DNA of 63,556 bases, the filler included, from Collodictyon triciliatum (taxonomy: Eukaryota): the NCBI GenBank assembly GCA_043381765.1. It is 8 parts of 8 records of this genome, joined end to end, with 100 filler letters (N's around TTAATTAATTAA, not from the genome) between each part and the next. Parts side by side here need not be neighbours in the genome. Positions count along the whole stretch, not along the records: positions 1 to 10,650 come from JBHJMP010002612.1; positions 10,751 to 21,395 come from JBHJMP010002613.1; 6 more parts are not named here. The stretch is one strand, 5' to 3'. Under the pieces are notes generated by a model that was not told the origin of the DNA, ran no database searches, and saw only the letters and a list, made by a program, of their open reading frames with translations. Both the position numbers and the translations under genes were made by a program. How positions within the stretch are numbered: position 1 is the first letter of the stretch; every line of letters starts with the position of its first letter. Shown one piece after another: positions 1-11,302 of this stretch.

Positions 1-62
<62 letters not shown>

Positions 63-230
63 GAGGAACGAAGCAACCCCGCCGATGGACGCGATGGTGC
101 AAAACACTCACGAAATCACTGCAAAAAGAAAGACGAGGCACAGAGTCATACAGCCACCAATGCTTATATAAAAATTATATAGGGAACACCGATCCTAGTA
201 TCTTCAAACTTTCTCGAAGAACTCTAGAAG

Positions 231-1742
231 ATGCCAAACTACAAAGAGATTATCCACGAAGACGTATGAATGGCACCATTATAATCCCTATTCATATATA
301 TTACATAACTACTCAAACAAGTGTTGTATATCACATATCTCATCTATCTTTTATATTTGCGTGACTAATTGAATCGAATAAAGGAAAAAAAATGTTTGCC
401 TTCCTAAACTAAAAACAAACGGACACTTTTATTTAGTTATTATTATTTTATTTTAGTTTTTTTAGTTTTTTTTAGTTTTTTTAGTTTTTTTATTTTCAGA
501 GTGATCCGGCTCCTATTCTATCAGACTATATAAATTAAGATATCATCAACGCAAGGGAGAGTGAACACATTAATGAGCCATATTGATTTGGCGTATACAG
601 ATCGATATCTTACTCCTGGGAGACGAGGCATACCGCTTCATCTGCTTTATCAGCCCACAAGGTCTCTCGGCCGGACAAGGAGACTCCAAATCAGACGATG
701 AATCAGAAACCTCGTCCGAAAAGCTTGCAACCCCAGGTCCATCCGCAACAGTTTTAAAGGAAAAAAAGGAGAGTTTATCGAATAAGAAATCGGCATCATC
801 TCAACTTTCCAATGCAGAGGCCCTGGTTGAGCCAGGAAATACGCTTCCAATCCCAAACGTCCCTTACGCCCCACCGCCTATGCAACCCACGTCTAACTTC
901 TTCGGTATCCACCGATATACCCACGAGTTTATATCGCAAGAGTTTTGGATGGGCTGTCACTTTACCACACTCACAAGGAAGTCACTGTATGATCCTTTCC
1001 TCATTAACTGCGTGACAGAACCATTTCGCATGGCCATAGTCACTTACACTTTTGGCGATCCAGAGAGTCTTGCGCGAGCAAAAATATATCTAGAAAGGTA
1101 TTGCGAACTGTCGTACTCACATTCATCTGTTTTGGATAGAAGATGTATGTATGAGCATTTTTTGCCATTATTTATCCATCTCTACCTCCCAATGACTGCA
1201 TTTATCAAATTTCAAACTCTTTTTTTTTAAGAAAAAGGAATTATATATCAGTACTCTATGTTTCCTTCCATCTCCTTTTTTTTTTTTTTTTCCTTTTTCT
1301 TTTTGACTCATTTTGGGCACCAGATTCGCATCAGTACGCCAATGGGTAGAGAAGGACCCAGCAAAAGTCTACGCAACCCCATCATTGATAATTCCAGCAG
1401 TACAGCAGACTCCCCAAGCAACGTCCCCGACTGTGCCGTAATTCTCATATAATTTAAAATTACTTTATGATGACAATCATTTCTTTTCTGCATTTGCTAA
1501 TTCTGAACGTTTTTATTTCTTTGACCTGGATGAAACAGAAAGCAAGAAGCAAAGCCCTCTGTCGGTCCACCAGTGCCACCCTCTGTTGTTCCAATCGGCC
1601 GAATTTTGTTTGTAGGAGTGAACCCCGTTACTTCTCTCTCTGAAGCCGCTAACGGCAAAGCAGCTGCATCTCCAACTTCGAGGTGAGAAGACATGGAGGC
1701 TTTGGATTTATCTGATGAAATCCATCTTTGGAACTTTTATAT

Positions 1743-1793
<51 letters not shown>

Positions 1794-2195
1794 AATTTCA
1801 TTGCACACAGGGCAGGAGATGCTCCAGGGACTAGGCTCCCCCAGAGTATTGTGGACTATGCCCGTCAGCACAATTGCACAGCCTTATACATCGGAGAGGA
1901 TGAACTGGAAAATTCGTGCCAGGTTTCACTGCCTTCAATAAATTTAGCTCGGATTTTGTGTCTGTGTTCGCTCACTAAACAGTTTTACAGGCCATATTCC
2001 AGTGGATCTTTGAAAATTACGCAAAAAGTCGGAAGGAGTCATGGGGCCCACCGCCAACGGCTCCAACTCACAAAGCACAAAGTGTTGATGATGCAGCCAA
2101 GAAAGGTTACTATTTTGAATCAAAATAATTCTTTAGAATAGTTTCCAAACAATATGAATATGACTGATATGTCTGGGGCAAGCAATAAAATTCCT

Positions 2196-2263
<68 letters not shown>

Positions 2264-2325
2264 GTTTCTTCCTTTTTCTTTCTGTAGGTGGGGATAGTGG
2301 GAGTGGGTTATGTGGTATTATGTGA
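231..2325 (+). CDS. Divergent Ras-superfamily-fold protein (putative pseudo-GTPase) with C-terminal CaaX; 7 exons
   Basis: Phase-consistent GT-AG model: 231-263, 601-1097, 1324-1437, 1538-1682, 1811-1922, 1991-2105, 2288-2325. Protein reads MPNYKEIIHEDIDILLLGDE...MAIVTYTFGDPESLARAKIYLER...ILFVGVNP...IVDYARQHNC...AIFQWIFENY...GSGLCGIM*. Order of elements matches small GTPases. First exon is least certain. Confidence 0.6.
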
Positions 2326-2564
2326 GAGTTAAATCGCTCGCTGAGACCCAGAGGAACGAAGGCAAGGAGGGTGCGGTGGTTCGTTTTGATAAACAGTTCT
2401 TCGTTTGCCGTTTATAATAAATCGAAAGTCTGCGGATTGCATATTGGATTGCATATTGGATTGCTTCGGGAGGAGACCCCACCGAAGGCGCTATGTTTCC
2501 CAATTTCATTTTATCTTTTTTTCAAAGACAGTGATGCGTTTCCCTTCTCCAGCATTTTTTCCAT

Positions 2565-3200
2565 TCAGATTAAGTTTAAAGTGAGGCTCCAGTCCCTTAG
2601 CCTTCCTTCACATTGGTAATGCTGGGTGACGGAGAAGTAGTCGGTAATCAGGAATTGCATCCTGCGGTTTGGCCTGTAGCCTAGGTCTTGTGCTTGCATG
2701 AGGGATACAAGGCGAGGTTGAATATCTTTCTCAGCTTCTTTCCACATGTCTCTTCTCACAGGGTCTGAGTAGGAGAGAACGTGCAGGTGGCGAAGAAAGT
2801 TGTTGAGGAAATAGATTCGTATGATGGCATCCAGTCTGTTATCAGGAATGGGTGGCTGGTTGTTGAGTCTTGCTCTGCATGAGTATATGCGCGCTATCCA
2901 CACAGTCCAAAGCAAATGGCCTCGCGTCACTGCCCGGAATGTTTTTGCATCTGGACGCAGCTGTTGCAGAGGCCCAAATATCGCCTGGATTGGGATAACA
3001 GCTGCAGCCGTCTTGAGTGTCAGTCGAAGAATCTCACCGGCTGTTTCGCGCAGGTTTTGAGCGAAGGGACATTGCACAAATGTGTGCTCAATAGGTTCAT
3101 CACCGTTGGCGCAATGCGTGCATTGTTGGGAGACTTTGCCAGCTTTTGTCGCACTGCGTGCCTATCCATGTGTACCTATTGGTGGTATCCAGCGGCCCTA
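2565..3200 (-). mobile_element. 3' fragment of L1/Tx1-like non-LTR retrotransposon ORF2 (zf-RVT region), frameshifted
   Basis: Minus strand reads QQCTHCANGDEPIEHTFVQCPFA (zf-RVT-type CxxC..ExxEHxFxxC), then LLWTVWIAR. In-frame TAG/frameshift just upstream. Homologous copies at ~11 kb and ~34.3 kb. Confidence 0.75.
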
Positions 3201-4153
3201 GTCCCAAGCACCAGCCAAGAAGGGACCCTGACCCATGCGAGGGCTGCCCCACACACAACAGAAAGAAGACACTCTTCGGCCTGGGCGTCCGTTGCGGCCG
3301 CCACACCCCGCCGCAAGCCACGGGAACGCGGGTTGCAAGAGTCTCCCTCCCCACCAGCACCACCAGACCGCCTTCGTGTGCGCAATGTGCGGCATCCCTA
3401 TCGACCGGGATACTCTCCCACCCACTTCTGAGATGCGTGACTATTCCACGCGGTTCTCGGCCAACCTCACCCAGCAAAATGTGCCGCCCAGCGCAGCAGT
3501 CACAGCAAGGTCTTCATCCCGAGACACATGCTTGCTTATAATATCCTGGCCATTCGTTCATGAATCGGGGTTTGGACTTTGGGCTCATGTATTTCTTCAA
3601 AAGGCAAAGAAAAAAATGAGAAGGGAAAAATGAAGACAGGTGTTGGTTTGCCGCAGTCAAAGAATTGGAGAAAGGAGAGAGCAGAGGGTGGACGGTTTCA
3701 AAAGACAGAGTGGGACTGGCCAAGGAGGAAAAAGGGAGCAGGCTCTCTCATGAGCGATAAATGTGGTGGTTATCTTGGTTGAATGTCTAGAGTGCGGTAA
3801 AAGGTTAGGTACTCGCCAATCCTACAAGGCCGTTTGGATTTGTTTCAGAAAATGCATAATGTTGATGCCGAGGCATACCTTTTCAAATCGGGTGGCATAA
3901 CATGTCATTCACATTTATTCCTGGCCTTAAAGGTGATAGTCACCTACATGAACAAGATGCATTTGTTTCAAAAACAAGGAACAAGAGCAGAATGTAATGT
4001 CATTAAACTCCTGCTGATTGGCTGTCTTTTCTTTGCTAATTTATTCATCATTATGATTGTTCGTTAATTTCCATTTGATTTCCCAGTGTCGGAAGGGTCG
4101 CAAGATTCCCTGATACTTTACGTATCATATAGATATCGCAGTGCTTACCAAAT

Positions 4154-7100
4154 TTATCCGTCGCGGTCATCTCCGAAAGTTTCAGGGTCCTCCTGTGGTG
4201 CAGATGCTCCACCTCCACTCTCTTTCTTCTTGGAGAGTCCAGAGACAACATCGTCGATGCGAAGAAGCATTGATGCAGCCTAGTCAATAAAATAAGCGTT
4301 TTAGTCAATGATGTTAAAGGAGCCTTGGCATCTGACCTATCAAAGGGATGGTTGTAAAGTATTATTTATGGTATTATATTTAGTAGAGGGAATATGTCAG
4401 CTTCAAGTGACCGAGAGATGAAAATGTTGACAACTGTTAATCTGACCTCGATGGCAGTCTTGATAGTTTGAACTTTGACCACATAGGGCTCCCAGATGCC
4501 GAGCAGCTTCATATCAACAATTTCTCCCTATCACATGCGATAGTAGAAAGAAGAAAGGAAAAAGAAAGAAAAGAAGAAGAAGAAAAAAGGGAGGAAGGGG
4601 GGTCGATTCTACAGTTAACTTTAAAGGGCTAAGTATTTGGACGAAAGAGTACTAAGCCCAACATAAAATAAAGGACATACAGTGTTTCCATCGATACCAA
4701 AAGTGCCGTTGTTCTCGCTGGATGCGTGCTTGGCCTACAGTAAGTCCGCAATTAATTAGTCCATACACAAAACATAAATGACTAAATCAACGACCATAGA
4801 TGTCTAATCATTATTTATCGTTATTGCTAAAGACACGCATATATATACAGCATATAGCTATGTATAAAAAAATGCTAAATTCAATGGTACGTACCCGCAG
4901 AGCGGTGAGTGTACGGATGGTATTGGCGCCGCAGTTCTGGGCAAGGGTACGAGGAATGACCTCCATGGCGACACCAACAGCGTGGAAGGGCCATTGGGTA
5001 GCACCCTCGATTTGCTTAGAGCCTTCGGTGAGTGCCCTTGAAGTGAAAAGGAGGCAAAGTGAGGAGAATGGCCATCGAAAGCGTTTCATGATTTGAATCA
5101 TGCATAATTCTAAACAAAGATGTCTAGTTCGTGTGTTTATATNNNNNNNNNNNNNNNNNNNNNNNNNNNNNNNNNNNNNNNNNNNNNNNNNNNNNNNNNN
5201 NNNNNNNNNNNNNNNNNNNNNNNNNNNNNNNNNNNNNNNNNNNNNNNNNNNNNNNNNNNNNNNNNNNNNNNNNNNNNNNNNNNNNNNNNNNNNNNNNNNN
5301 NNNNNNNNNNNNNNNNNNNNNNNNNNNNNNNNNNNNNNNNNNNNNNNNNNNNNNNNNNNNNNNNNNNNNNNNNNNNNNNNNNNNNNNNNNNNNNNNNNNN
5401 NNNNNNNNNNNNNNNNNNNNNNNNNNNNNNNNNNNNNNNNNNNNNNNNNNNNNNNNNNNNNNNNNNNNNNNNNNNNNNNNNNNNNNNNNNNNNNNNNNNN
5501 NNNNNNNNNNNNNNNNNNNNNNNNNNNNNNNNNNNNNNNNNNNNNNNNNNNNNNNNNNNNNNNNNNNNNNNNNNNNNNNNNNNNNNNNNNNNNNNNNNNN
5601 NNNNNNNNNNNNNNNNNNNNNNNNNNNNNNNNNNNNNNNNNNNNNNNNNNNNNNNNNNNNNNNNNNNNNNNNNNNNNNNNNNNNNNNNNNNNNNNNNNNN
5701 NNNNNNNNNNNNNNNNNNNNNNNNNNNNNNNNNNNNNNNNNNNNNNNNNNNNNNNNNNNNNNNNNNNNNNNNNNNNNNNNNNNNNNNNNNNNNNNNNNNN
5801 NNNNNNNNNNNNNNNNNNNNNNNNNNNNNNNNNNNNNNNNNNATCTTTCTAGGATATTTACAGAACATGGGGTTGTTGCGCAGTAACGCATGAAAATTAT
5901 TTGCATGAGGAAAAAAAATTAGATAAAGTCATCGAACCTGAGACTCCCTTCTCAGTGATAACCAGGTCGGGCTTGAACTTGATGATGTCGTTACAGACAC
6001 GCTCAATATACTCTTCCTCGATGCGCAAGAGAGTGGCAAAGTCTTGTTCTTGCTTCATTTCGACGTCGGTTTGACTCTCGCCCTTCTTGTACTCAAGTGG
6101 GCAGTCCAGCAGGAGGATGCGGGGGTTTTCAATGCGGCGACGCATCTTGGGGTGGATAATGTCCTTGTTCAGGATAACACCACGAAGAACGTTGCTGTCC
6201 GTGAGCTCACCTCCTGGAATCTAAGATATTGGAAGGAAACAACCATGTGAGATCGTATAGCTGTTTTCGTGACAAAAAAAAATCATTCTAGCCCGACAAA
6301 AAAGTCCAAGTGGTTAACTCTTTTAGTAGTCATGCGAATCTAAGTAGGGGATGGAGGAGAACTCAAATAATAAGTGTATTAGGCAGTGGGGCAGACCTTT
6401 TCAACGCGAGCATATCGCTTGATGTCAATTTCCTTCTTGCCTTCGTTGTCGAGCGTAACTGTCATTACAGCATCGAGTGCGAGATTGCACAAAAGATCGC
6501 CCAAGCCAGAGATCCAATTGCTGAACTTGGTTCCAATGCAGCTCTTAATAATGCTGAGCATCTGCTCGCGATTCTTCAGGTCTACCGGGGTGGCTAACTT
6601 CTCCATGGTTTCCAATGCTTTGTCTAGGGCTTTATAGTAACCCCCGACAATGACACGAGGGTGCATGTTTCGCTCCAGGAAAGCAGCCGATACTGCGAGA
6701 ATCTCTCCAGAGAGGACAATGACAGAAGTGGTGCCATCTCCAACTTCTTCGTCCTGGGCACGGCTCAGATCGATCATGCTTTTTGCGGCAGGATGAGTCA
6801 CATCGATTTCGCGAAGGATAGCATTCCCGTCGTTAGTCATCACAATACCGCCCATGGGGTCGAGAATCATTTTGAGCATGGAGCGTGGTCCAAGGCAAGT
6901 GCGAATAATTTCCGAGACGGCCTATTATGAGAGTATTTGGCGTCAGCGAATCTCCTTCTTTGCCTGGGTATTTTATCACAAAACTCTTGAGGTGGAAAGG
7001 TTTAGTGAGGCAACCTTGTTCTAAGGGAATAAAACTGGGTATAGAGAACAAGACGAAACCGTAATAATGTTGTAGAGAGAGAGTTTAATGATTACTTTTC

Positions 7101-7288
7101 CGGCTTGAATGTTTGTCAGTTGGGCCTGACGGCCGCTCTCACGCTTTGTATTTTCGTCTAGTTGACAAGAGAATTGAAGTGTTAAAAGGAGTACTTTACT
7201 GAAACTAGATGAATCAAATCATGGTTGATGTGTAAGAGAACGCCAGACGGGAAGGGCACTTACGAAGAACAAGGACAGGTGCCTGCAT
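4154..7288 (-). CDS. CCT3: T-complex protein 1 subunit gamma (CCT3), multi-exon, internal N gap 5143-5842
   Basis: MQAPVLVL..ENTKRESGR..IIRTCLGPRSMLKMILDPMGGIVMTNDGNAILREI..QDEEVGDGTTSV..RRRIENPRILLLDCPLEYKKGESQT..IPRTLAQNCGA..LLRIDDVVSG..ETFGDDRDG*; GT-AG introns. Confidence 0.97.
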
Positions 7289-7363
7289 CGAAGTACGCCT
7301 TTGGAGGTTGGTTGCACGCTAGAGTGAAGAGAAGGGTATGTTGCTGGTGAGTAGAGCACAATA

Positions 7364-7401
7364 CACGTGGCTGAGAAACCACTAAGCACGTGGCTGAGAA
7401 A
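7364..7401. promoter_or_regulatory. Duplicated 15-mer CACGTGGCTGAGAAA (E-box/G-box core) upstream of CCT3
   Basis: Exact direct repeats at 7364-7378 and 7387-7401, about 75-115 nt upstream of the CCT3 ATG. Confidence 0.5.
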
Positions 7402-7639
7402 GGCGCGTGTTTGCTGAGGGAGGGGACGCGTCCCAGTTTCTGGCTACTCAAGTCATCAACTCATGTCTTCGCTTTCTCGGAGCGTATGTCATCAAACTCA
7501 ACTCAAAGTCTTATTTGGCGTTCGAAGTAGAAGCAAAAATATGATGTTTGGTAGGTAAAGAAAACAATTATAAGTCGACAGTAGGATGATTGATTAGAGC
7601 TTGAAAAGCAACAGCCTGCCAGCGCCCCAAATTAAACAA

Positions 7640-8045
7640 AGGAAAAGAACAAAAGGAGAAAAGGAGAGAAGGAGAAAAGGAACATAAAGGACAAAAGGAC
7701 AAAAGGACAAAAGGACAAAAGGACAAAAGGACAAAAGGACAAAAGGGAAAAGGGAAAAGGGAAAAGGGAAAAGGGAAAAGGGAAAAGGGCAAAAGGGCAA
7801 AAGGGCAAAAGGACAAAAGGACAAAAGGACAAAAGAACAAAAGGACAAAAGAACAAAAGGGAAAGGGAAAAGGGAAAAGGGCAAAAGGGCAAAAGGACAA
7901 AAGGACAAAAGGACAAAAGAACAAAAGGGAAAAGGGGAAATGGGGAAAAGGGGAAATGGGGAAAAGGGGAAAAGGGGCAAAGGGGGGAAAGGGGGGAAAG
8001 GGGAAAAGGGGAAAGGGGAAAAGGGGAAAAGGGAAAAAAGAACAA
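7640..8045 (+). repeat. Compound purine-rich tandem repeat (AAAAGGAC)n/(AAAAGGG)n/(AAAAGGGC)n
   Basis: Directly visible; explains the spurious F/P/L/C-rich minus-strand ORFs. Confidence 0.95.
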
Positions 8046-9370
8046 AGTGCACAAAAACTAAGAGGGGAAAAGAGAAAGAAAAAAAAGAACTTCAGTGGTC
8101 TTGTAGCAGAAACAAATAAAGAGTGACCCGATAATAATGTCAGTCTTGCCCTTTCTCTCCCAGCGGGACCCTACTGTCTGTCGCAATATGAGCGCAACAG
8201 CCCGGGCGAGTTGGGTCTCTCCAAACCGACCACGCGGCGGGTTTCCACCAGGTTCATCGCATCTTCTTGCCCTCATTTCTGATCCATCTCCACGCCCGAG
8301 AGAATAAAGAAGAAAAAGCCCAAGAGAATATTCCAAAAGTTTGTCTAAATGTGTACTATTTGATTGAATTGTCTTATTCTTGAGGCGAACGCACAACACG
8401 TTTTGTTCTATTTGCTAAGGATAGCGTTCATTTAGCGGTCGTATCTTTTCGGCTAAACTAACCACTTCTTTGCAGAATAAGCACACTATGGGGCAAATGC
8501 TTTGGTTTGTGCCATGGAGCAAATGAGTAGGTTCTACGTGATTAGTAATAGCAATTTAATCCCATTCGTAAATTTTCAGGCTCTTTAAAAATTGGTATTT
8601 ACGCAAAGGGTATATGTAAAATGAGCATTTTTTAATATAATCCAAAAATAGAAATGCCAACATCCTAGGCCGACGACTCCCAGCGTTGATACTTCGCGCG
8701 GTGCAAGGTTCCGAAGAGAGCGGCTATGGCCTAATCCAACTTTGCTCGGAGCGCGATGGTGATGAAAAGAGAAGCGATGAGAGAATACTTCGTACGTGCT
8801 TTAGAAGCATAAACAACACAAGTACTAATTACCCACCGCACAAATTTTTAAAAAAAAAATTAAAAATAAAAAATTAAAAATAAAAAATTAAAAATAAAAA
8901 ATTAAAAATAAAAAATTAAAAATAAAAAAATAGTCAAAAGTGCCAAGCATCGAGCCAAGGCGGTTTGAAATATGCATAAATAAAAGGGATTGTTCGATGC
9001 TATCCGAAACTCCACCAGGGAACGTAAATCATATAAACTGTCTCTTTTCGAAATGGATTAGAGCTTGTCTGAGCAACGCAGATATGGGGGGTTGGGGCTT
9101 CATGACTTTTTCTTGTCGTCCGGGGTAATGCGTGAGGCGAGAGCCTTAACAAACAATACAAGATCAAAGGCCTAAATCGCTCATCTTGTACAAATTGGGA
9201 GGGACGGCAATAATAGCGATAAAAAACATTAGGAAATAGTTGCTTACTCATATTACAATATGACTAAGGAGTGAAGAGCGAGACTTGTGTGAAGGGATAT
9301 TCACAGATTTATCGCAAATCCCTTCAAAAAAAAAAGGAGTAAAATATCCTTGGTCGAGGAGGGAAAGGGG

Positions 9371-9892
9371 CTACTGAAGTGTTGCTCGGTAGATGGGATT
9401 CTCGGGACTCTTCTGCCACTCCTTCCACATCATTTCCTTCAATTGAGACATCCGGGCAGTAGGGAATTCCTCCCGGAGCTCTCTCAAGCGGCGCTCTTCA
9501 AAAGCGGCATGAGCAGCTCTAGCTCTTCGTTCAGGGTGGCGATCTGCCTCTGCTGCATCAGATGAAGACGCCGACGCAGAAAGAGATGCTGGCATGGATT
9601 TTGGGCTGCTAGCCACTTTTAAGCCGGACAAAGCCTGGATTGCTCCGTCAACCGAGGACTCTACAATGTGGCCCTCGTCGCGCAAAGCCGCGGTGGTTCT
9701 ATTGAGATTCTCTTCCAGAGGAGGCAGTTCATCTTCTTCATCTGTTTTCTTTTCTAGCTTGGATGATTTCACACTCGGCGATGAGGATGATGACCCCGCA
9801 TCTTGGCCAACCACTGGGGAAGTCGATGTCCTGAATCAAGTTCATGAGAGACATCCGTTATAGAAAGGACAAGTTTCTTTTCCAACTTCAAA

Positions 9893-9935
<43 letters not shown>

Positions 9936-10369
9936 ATACAATTCAATACGATACAATTTAATACAATATAATACAATTTAATACAATATCATACAATACC
10001 AATACATTAAAATTGTAAAAGAAGAAAAAAGGAGAATCATATAAACGAAGCTCACGCTTGTGGTGCTGTTGCAGAAATATAGGCGCGGGTGTACTTTACA
10101 GGACGTTTTGCCTGCAACTCCTTATCGATCTTTTGCTGCTCAGTTTGAAGCTGGACCTTTGCTGCTGCTTTTGCTCGAAGCTTTTCCTCCTGCTTGGCGA
10201 GCTCCTCTTTCTCTTTCTCCTGCTTGCGGAGCACTTTGCTATCGGTTTCCTTCCACTTCGCATCCTCCGCCTCCTTTGTCTTACGATCGTTCTCAGCCCT
10301 CTTTTGTTCCTCCTTGCGGACCCGCGCCTCTGTGGCTTTACTATTTTCTCCAGTCCACCGTTTCGGCAT
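9371..10369 (-). CDS. CCDC124: Coiled-coil domain-containing protein 124 (Lso2/Oxs1 family ribosome-binding factor); 2 exons
   Basis: MPKRWTGENSKATEARVRK..AEDAKWKETD; exon 2 EENLNR..DRHPERRARAAHAAFEERRLRELREEFPTARMSQLKEMMWKEWQKSPENP. Confidence 0.93.
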
Positions 10370-10618
10370 TCCACACGATTCTAGGTTCCGGAGCGTGGGT
10401 TTTGGTGTTGGTATCTTGTATAGGATCCTTCGGGATCGTTTGTTGGCTTCACATGAGACTGAGTTGCGCACATTTCGCCTCGCTTAAAAAAACAAAAAAC
10501 AAAAAAAACGGCATCTATATGAAATGCCACGTATTGTGGAGCCTGAACGAAGGAAAGAAGAAAAGAAAAAAAAGAAAAAAAAGAAAAAAAGAAAAAAAAG
10601 AAAAAAAAGAAAAAAAAG

Positions 10619-10650
<32 letters not shown>

Positions 10651-10750
10651 NNNNNNNNNNNNNNNNNNNNNNNNNNNNNNNNNNNNNNNNNNNNTTAATT
10701 AATTAANNNNNNNNNNNNNNNNNNNNNNNNNNNNNNNNNNNNNNNNNNNN
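10651..10750. other. Assembly linker N44-TTAATTAATTAA-N44; same linker at 21396-21495, 32138-32237, 42875-42974, 53606-53705, 59255-59354, 61520-61619
   Basis: Identical 12-mer with stops in all six frames, embedded in Ns; the first five flanked segments have monotonically decreasing lengths. Confidence 0.97.
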
Positions 10751-10938
10751 TTTTATGGTTTTTATGGTTTTTATGGTTTTTATGGTTTTTATGGTTTTTA
10801 TGGTTTTTATGGTTTTTATGGTTTTTATGGTTTTTATGGTTTTTATGGTTTTTATGGTTTTTATGGTTTTTTTGGTTTTTTTGGTTTTTTTGGTTTTTTT
10901 GGTTTTTTTGGTTTTTTTGGTTTTTTTGGTTTTTTTTT
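10751..10938 (-). repeat. 9-nt tandem repeat (ATAAAAACC)n/(AAAAAAACC)n on the minus strand
   Basis: Directly visible, just downstream of a LINE 3' relic; the same AAAAAAACC unit occurs at ~32068-32137. Confidence 0.9.
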
Positions 10939-10949
10939 ATTCAACTTGA

Positions 10950-11302
10950 GCGAGGTGCGGGGCTTTGGCTTTGAATCTACTGGACTTCGTTTCTACAGGC
11001 GCTGCTTGGAAGTTGTGTGGCAGTAAAGCAGTTGCTTATCAGGAATTGCGTCCCGCGCGTTGGCGTGTGGCTTGGGTCTTGTGCTGCGTGAGAGAGGAAT
11101 GGCGAAGTGTTTACTCCCTTTCTCAGCCTCTTTCCCCGCTCCTCTTCTCACCAGTCTTAGTAATGGAGAATGTGGCGCTGCAGAACGAAAGCCGATGAGG
11201 AGAGAGAGCTTCGTGTGATGCCTTTAGCCCATAGTTGGCATGTGTGATTGAATGTTGCATCTTGCTGTCCATGGGCATTGCGTGCTATCCACACAGTCCA
11301 TG
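10950..11302 (-). mobile_element. Degenerate 3' fragment of the same LINE family as 2565-3200
   Basis: Shares GCTATCCACACAGTCCA with the 2.9 kb copy. Translates with frameshifts to WTVWIARN..VRRGAGKEAEK..AQDPSHTPTRGTQFLISNCFTATQ, versus WTVWIARI..VRRDMWKEAEK..AQDLGYRPNRRMQFLITDYFSVTQ. Confidence 0.75.

Noticed and set aside
2198-2262. Poly(T) as the poly(A) tail of the minus-strand LINE
   Set aside because: Better explained as intron sequence before the CaaX-encoding last exon (2288-2325). No target-site duplication was found.
5100-5906. Long ORFs of X residues (also 35389-36525)
   Set aside because: Artefacts of N gaps.
4154-7288. U12-type (AT-AC / GTATCCTT) introns or intronic snoRNAs
   Set aside because: No U12 donor in any intron I modelled and no convincing C/D box pair in the CCT3 introns read by eye. 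An Infernal/Rfam scan would be needed to exclude ncRNAs.
7740-7790. (AAAAGGG)n as a telomere repeat or CRISPR-like array
   Set aside because: Internal, heterogeneous, lacks a TnGn strand and has no unique spacers.
7568-8054. F/P/L-rich, poly-L, poly-Y, poly-N, poly-V and MVF-repeat ORFs here and at 10755, 21175, 51663-52065, 55936-57015, 59033
   Set aside because: Translations of microsatellites or introns.
10695-10706. Recurrent palindromic TTAATTAATTAA about every 10.7 kb as a biological periodic element
   Set aside because: Always embedded in Ns and gives stops in all six frames, so it is an artificial linker. The periodicity reflects size-sorted contigs.
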